NCBI GenBank assembly: GCA_963786955.1
Contig: CAWBAT010000003.1
Span: 160,001 to 224,000 of the forward strand
Reading direction: 5' to 3'
DNA: 64,000 nucleotides
Origin: an uncultured Acidimicrobiia bacterium
GTDB taxonomy: Bacteria; Acidobacteriota; Terriglobia; Versatilivoradales; Versatilivoraceae
A program made the position numbers and the translations under genes. Below the pieces are notes generated by a model that saw nothing but the letters and a program-made list of their open reading frames with translations, was not told the DNA's origin and ran no database searches. This document shows, one piece after another, positions 63,923-64,000 of this stretch (the stretch's first letter is position 1; each line of letters starts with the position of its first letter).

Positions 63923-64000
63923 CCACTACTGTGCTGTCTAAGCCGTCAGGTGACAATGGAGGGGCGGTATGGTGACATTTCTTTTCAATCTCTACGCCGA

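Overview
Bacterial chromosomal DNA, about 50-57% GC by eye. The gene content (DUF1501 + PSCyt pair, ASPIC/FG-GAP, TolB-like TPR proteins, many REP-like palindromes) suggests Acidobacteriota; this is inference. Many genes are split by single-base indels, most likely long-read consensus errors, so several CDSs were rebuilt by hand across frames. Main blocks: sugar ABC ATPase and exported proteins (0-6 kb); a DUF1549/DUF1553 cytochrome - DUF1501 pair with a four-helix-bundle gene between them (6-11 kb); a nucleoside deaminase and stand-alone A-T-TE NRPS-like gene converging on a xanthine-to-allantoate catabolic operon (13-23.5 kb); ankyrin, AviRa-like methyltransferase and GH78 (24-28.5 kb); and an 11.5 kb redox cluster (29-40.5 kb). 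That cluster encodes a membrane-anchored 4Fe-4S/FAD/NAD(P) oxidoreductase, multiheme cytochromes with about 23 and about 40 CxxCH motifs (manual count), an outer-membrane beta-barrel, a His-rich inner-membrane protein and a TPR protein. It is the strongest candidate for an interesting system: a putative porin-cytochrome electron conduit that may link to cytoplasmic NAD(P)H. The rest holds PadR with two OB-fold proteins, an IS21 relic, a URO-D-family gene, ASPIC/FG-GAP + SCO, USP, aspartate kinase, TPR proteins, a degenerate GGDEF/DUF4388 gene, GH88 and an OYE-family flavin oxidoreductase. No rRNA, tRNA or CRISPR array was recognised.
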